Shown here piece by piece: positions 8,473 through 11,888 of a stretch of 11,888 nucleotides of DNA (the stretch's first letter is position 1; each line of letters begins with the position of its first letter). Origin of the DNA: Octopus sinensis (Eukaryota); the NCBI RefSeq assembly GCF_006345805.1, contig NW_021826852.1, positions 1-11,888 of the forward strand, read 5' to 3'. The notes beneath the pieces are model-generated. The model had not been told where the DNA came from and searched no databases. It saw only the letters and a program-made list of their open reading frames with translations. Position numbers and translations under genes: made by a program.

Positions 8473-8708
8473 TATTCTGCTGTGTCTGGGGAGAGCCATT
8501 TTCTTTTTGTGCCTTATTATTTGACACACTCACCGGTAAAAAGGGAACGCAGTGTAAATAACGGACAGAGTCAAGACTACTGAAAAGGTTGCAAGACGCG
8601 ACGAAAATTTTAGGAAAATAAAAATAAGAAATAAGTGGAAATTTTACCTGTGAGTGTGTTACATTATAAGGCACAAAGAAAATTACTCTCTCCAGATACA
8701 GCAGAATA
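8473..8708. mobile_element. Foldback / MITE-like structure with ~68-bp imperfect inverted arms
   Basis: 8473-8541 (TATTCTGCTGTGTCTGGGGAGAG...ACACACTCACCGGTAAAA) is the reverse complement of 8641-8708 with a handful of mismatches and a small indel. TA lies at both outer ends. Confidence 0.7.
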
Positions 8709-8796
8709 ATATAATAATATAATAATAATAATAATATAATAATAATACTAATAATAATAATTTATATAATAATATAATAATAATAATATATATATA

Positions 8797-8863
<67 letters not shown>

Positions 8864-8870
8864 ATAATAA
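8705..8870. repeat. (AAT)n/(TA)n mixed microsatellite
   Basis: Directly visible. Confidence 0.93.
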
Positions 8871-8981
8871 GCGGTATTCCGTCTGTACCAATTACGCACT
8901 GGGGGCGATATAATCGACTTAATCTGTTTGTCTGTCCTTCTTTGTCCCCTCTGTGTTAGCCTCTTGTGGGTAATAAGAATA
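8870..8981 (+). mobile_element. Family A SINE, 5'-truncated and internally deleted
   Basis: AGCGGTATTCCGTCTG joins directly to TACCAATTACGCACTGGGG...TTGTGGGTAATAAGAAT. It lacks the segment present in the neighbouring copy. Confidence 0.85.
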
Positions 8982-9163
8982 GGTATTTCGGCTGCCGCTA
9001 CGTTCTGAGTTCAAATTCCGCCGAGGTCAGCTTTGCCTTTCATCCTTTCGGGGTCGATTAAATAAGTACCAGTTACGCACTGGGTCGAAGTAATCGACTT
9101 ATCCGTTTATCGGTCCTTGTTTGTCCCCTCTATGTTTAGCCCCTTGTGGGCAATAAAGAAATA
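8982..9163 (+). mobile_element. Family A SINE, 5'-truncated
   Basis: High similarity to 11567-11750 from GGTATTTCG to AATAAAGAAATA. Confidence 0.92.
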
Positions 9164-9509
9164 TATATTCCCTTTATGCTAATTTAATTCACCCAATTAA
9201 TTTTTTTGTCACTGATACTTTTAATTCCAAAGATATGTGATGTATGCTGTATCGATTTAATTCCCTAAACTACCCCCTACCCCATAGGTGTGGCCCTATA
9301 TCAGTCACAGTTCAGAAGCTGTAACTAATACAAGAGAGAAAGAAAATAAAAATTACTAACAGAAACAACAAACGATAGGAACTATATTTGCACAAAAGAT
9401 AAGTTATTACGTCTAGGTATGAATTTAATGTATCGAAGTCAGAGGTTTTGAAAAACGCAATCTATAATTTCAGGCTATATAATTAAGTTTGCATAATTAT
9501 GCATGTAAG

Positions 9510-9728
9510 TGTATGTGTGTGCGCAGCTGTGTATGTATATATATATATATGTGTATATATGTGTGTGTATGTGTATGTGTGTGTGTATGTGTGTTGTTCG
9601 CGTGTTGTCAGTGTTTGTGTGTTCTGAGTCTTTGTAATTAAAGATGAGATATTTATGGGCATGTAATTAGCTATCTGTGATTAGTATATATGTATACACA
9701 CAGAACACCCACAAACACACACACATTA

Positions 9729-9773
<45 letters not shown>

Positions 9774-9856
9774 ACATATTATCCATATTTGTGTATTTTC
9801 ATACATATGCATAGATAGGCATACACACCCATATATATATATATATATATATATAA
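9510..9856. repeat. Cluster of (TG)n, (CA)n and (TA)n microsatellites
   Basis: Directly visible runs at about 9510-9592, 9685-9725, 9732-9770 and 9832-9855. Confidence 0.85.
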
Positions 9857-10454
9857 GCGTTATGAATCAGTAAATAGGACGTGTAATTAAGGATGTATAA
9901 TTAACTGTGAGTAATTAGTGGGTTATATACTTGCAACGACTTCTAATTAACGATGACTAGGTTTGCGTGTGTAAACTATAGTTATGGAAGGGCCAATACC
10001 TGTGTAAATAAGGGATTTTGTTTATCTATGTAAGTGTGTGCGTGTATCCGTGCGTATATGTTTGAGTTTGTGTGCGTGTGTGCGTGTGCGTGTATGTGGC
10101 TAAAGGTGTATAAGTGTTATAGCAGAGCAAATCGTATTTCTTGTTTGTTTATTTTATCACTCCAACTGATCCCCAATAAAGTAGTCATATCATTGCAGAC
10201 GTTCCCAGCGTGAACCTCCTGTCTACCTCTAGAAGCCTGCATAACAGAGGAGTTAGTCCTTCATCACTATAAATCCCTCCCCAGATTCATGACGCTCACA
10301 TAGTAATTTACGGCCAATCGATATTTATTTCATGTTGGTTGTACGACCGCGAATACGTTCGCTCCTGCGTTGCTTCAGGTAGATGCATTTGATTGCCAAA
10401 TCGTTAGAACCCCATCATTTTCCAACCCTTTGCCTACAATGTGCTTGCAGGTTA

Positions 10455-10488
10455 TAACAGCCGGGCGACGCCGGGATGGCACTGCTAT
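10455..10488 (+). mobile_element. Helitron-like 3' terminus
   Basis: GC-rich CCGG-GCGACG-CCGG hairpin (10461-10474) about 10 nt upstream of CTAT (canonical CTRR/CTAG, one mismatch), running into an AT tract. The 5' end was not identified. Confidence 0.45.
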
Positions 10489-10518
10489 AATATATAATAT
10501 ATATATATATATATATTA

Positions 10519-10923
10519 GTGACGTATATTTGCATTTGAATATGGCTAACCCTAAGGGTGGCTGCTACTGTAGTTTGTAGCCCCAGGAGGACACCTCCTC
10601 CGCTGTCTATAGACACACTTTCTGTGCCCTATCAGTATTTGCAAAGGGAAGCCATTCTTCCCGTCTTCAACTTATGATACACACGGACTCGAGTTTCAGG
10701 GTATTGACCCGTCATGGGCGTGTGACAATCACAGTTGTCGATGAGAAGTATGTTCCCTTCACAAATACATAAACTTTTTCCAGTATCGATTGACACTGAT
10801 ATTGAAAAAGTGAAATCAAACAATGATAAATCTCAGAGAGAGTTATAAACAGTAGCAGCAACACATCGTGACGTATATTTGCCATTTGAATATGGCTAAC
10901 CCCTAAGGGTGGATGCTACTGTA
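10519..10923 (+). mobile_element. 405-bp element with 54-56-bp terminal direct repeats (period 349 bp), Penelope pLTR-like or retrozyme-like
   Basis: 10519-10572 vs 10868-10923 differ by two 1-nt indels and one substitution. The element is flanked by (TA)n on both sides and has no TG...CA ends, PBS or ORF. Confidence 0.7.
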
Positions 10924-10926
10924 CTG

Positions 10927-10957
<31 letters not shown>

Positions 10958-11094
10958 TTACATTGTGAAATACGATGAAAAAATATGAGAAAGATATGGT
11001 GTATAATGTTTTTTTGTGCAGGGGTTCCCTGACATATGCAGTTTATTTCAAGGGTTACGCAAGGATACATATAAGATTCAGAAACACTGGTGTA

Positions 11095-11208
11095 GAGGAA
11101 CAATAAGGTTAGCTGAGTTGGAATTTGAACTCAGAACATGAAGAACCGTAACTAAATACCACAAGGCATCTGTGTGCATTGTTCTACCATTCTTGCCAAT
11201 CGCTACCA
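11095..11208 (-). mobile_element. Old, diverged family A-related SINE head
   Basis: The reverse complement contains TGGCAAGAATGGTAGA...ATGCCTTGTGGTATTT...GTTCTGAGTTCAAATTCC, matching the family A 5' half. Confidence 0.7.
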
Positions 11209-11309
11209 GTCATTTACGCACAAGACCTGCAATTTGTGCGGCGGGGTAAATGGATTAACAAAGTCACTAACGTCACAATCCCCACTGCAACCGTTATCCT
11301 CCTATCTTC

Positions 11310-11534
11310 CTCCTGGCAGACTCATTAGCGCGCCGGGCGAAATGCTTAGCGGTGTTTCGTCTGCCGCTACGTTCTGAGTTCAAATTCCCCCGAGGTCGAC
11401 TTTGCCTTTCATTCTTTCGGGGTCGATAAATTAAGTACCAGTTACGCACTGGGCTCGATGTAATCGACTTAATCCGTTTACCTGTCCTTGTTTGTCCCCT
11501 CTGTGTGTAGACCCTTGTGAGCAGTAAAGCAATA
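11310..11534 (+). mobile_element. Family A SINE, first monomer of a head-to-tail dimer
   Basis: CTGGCAGACTCATTAGCGCGCCGGGCGAAATGCTTAGC..., B-box-like GAGTTCAAATTCC, ending GCAGTAAAGCAATA. The upstream TSD copy is at 11295-11309. Confidence 0.93.
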
Positions 11535-11749
11535 AGAATCATTAGCGCGCCGGGCGAAATGCTTAGCGGTATTTCGTCTGCCGCTACGTTCTGAGTTCAA
11601 ATTCCGCCGAGGTCGACTTTGCCTTTCATCCTTTCGGGGTCGATTTAATAAGTACCAGTTACGCACTGGGGTCGATCTAATCGACTTAATCCGTTTGTCT
11701 GTCCTTGTTTGTCCCCTCTGTGTTTGGCCCTTTGCAGGCATTAAAGAAA
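11535..11749 (+). mobile_element. Family A SINE, second monomer of the dimer
   Basis: Roughly 90% identical by eye to monomer 1 and ends CATTAAAGAAA. The downstream TSD copy TATCCTCCTATCTTC is at 11750-11764. Confidence 0.93.
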
Positions 11750-11888
11750 TATCCTCCTATCTTCGAGTGTATGCGTAGAATAGGTTCGATTACCTTAACT
11801 GGTTTTGCCATAGTCGAGTTTCCTCGTGACAACTTACTGGGAAGGCGGACGAATTACTACTAAACGCTCAGTCCGGATTGCTAACGCT

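Noticed and set aside
10430-10452. Pyrimidine tract + CAG splice-acceptor-like sites (also 11008-11021)
   Set aside because: There is no convincing downstream exon and donor, so an exon cannot be supported without transcript data.
10519-10923. LTR retrotransposon/TRIM or CRISPR interpretation of the direct repeats
   Set aside because: There are no TG...CA termini, PBS or PPT. There are only two repeats with a ~295-bp spacer in eukaryotic DNA, so it is not a CRISPR array.

Overview
Eukaryotic non-coding, AT-rich DNA that is mostly transposable elements and microsatellites. The SINE families match, from recall, those typical of octopus (cephalopod) genomes; this assignment is unverified. No intact protein-coding gene is supported, and the supplied ORFs are microsatellite translations or chance ORFs in repeats. 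The only recognisable protein homology is a decayed, internally deleted mariner transposase (minus strand, 1720-2029). The window holds about ten tRNA-derived SINE copies: one nested insertion with both target-site duplications intact, two head-to-tail dimers (one inside a single 15-bp TSD), and families that share heads but have different tails. It also has a tandem pair of (TATG)n-bounded RTE-like elements, a 68-bp-arm foldback, a Helitron-like 3' end and a 349-bp-period unit with terminal redundancy. That unit and a second site (6356-6394) carry degenerate hammerhead-ribozyme-like motifs, which suggests Penelope-like or retrozyme-type elements. This is the most interesting lead and remains unproven.
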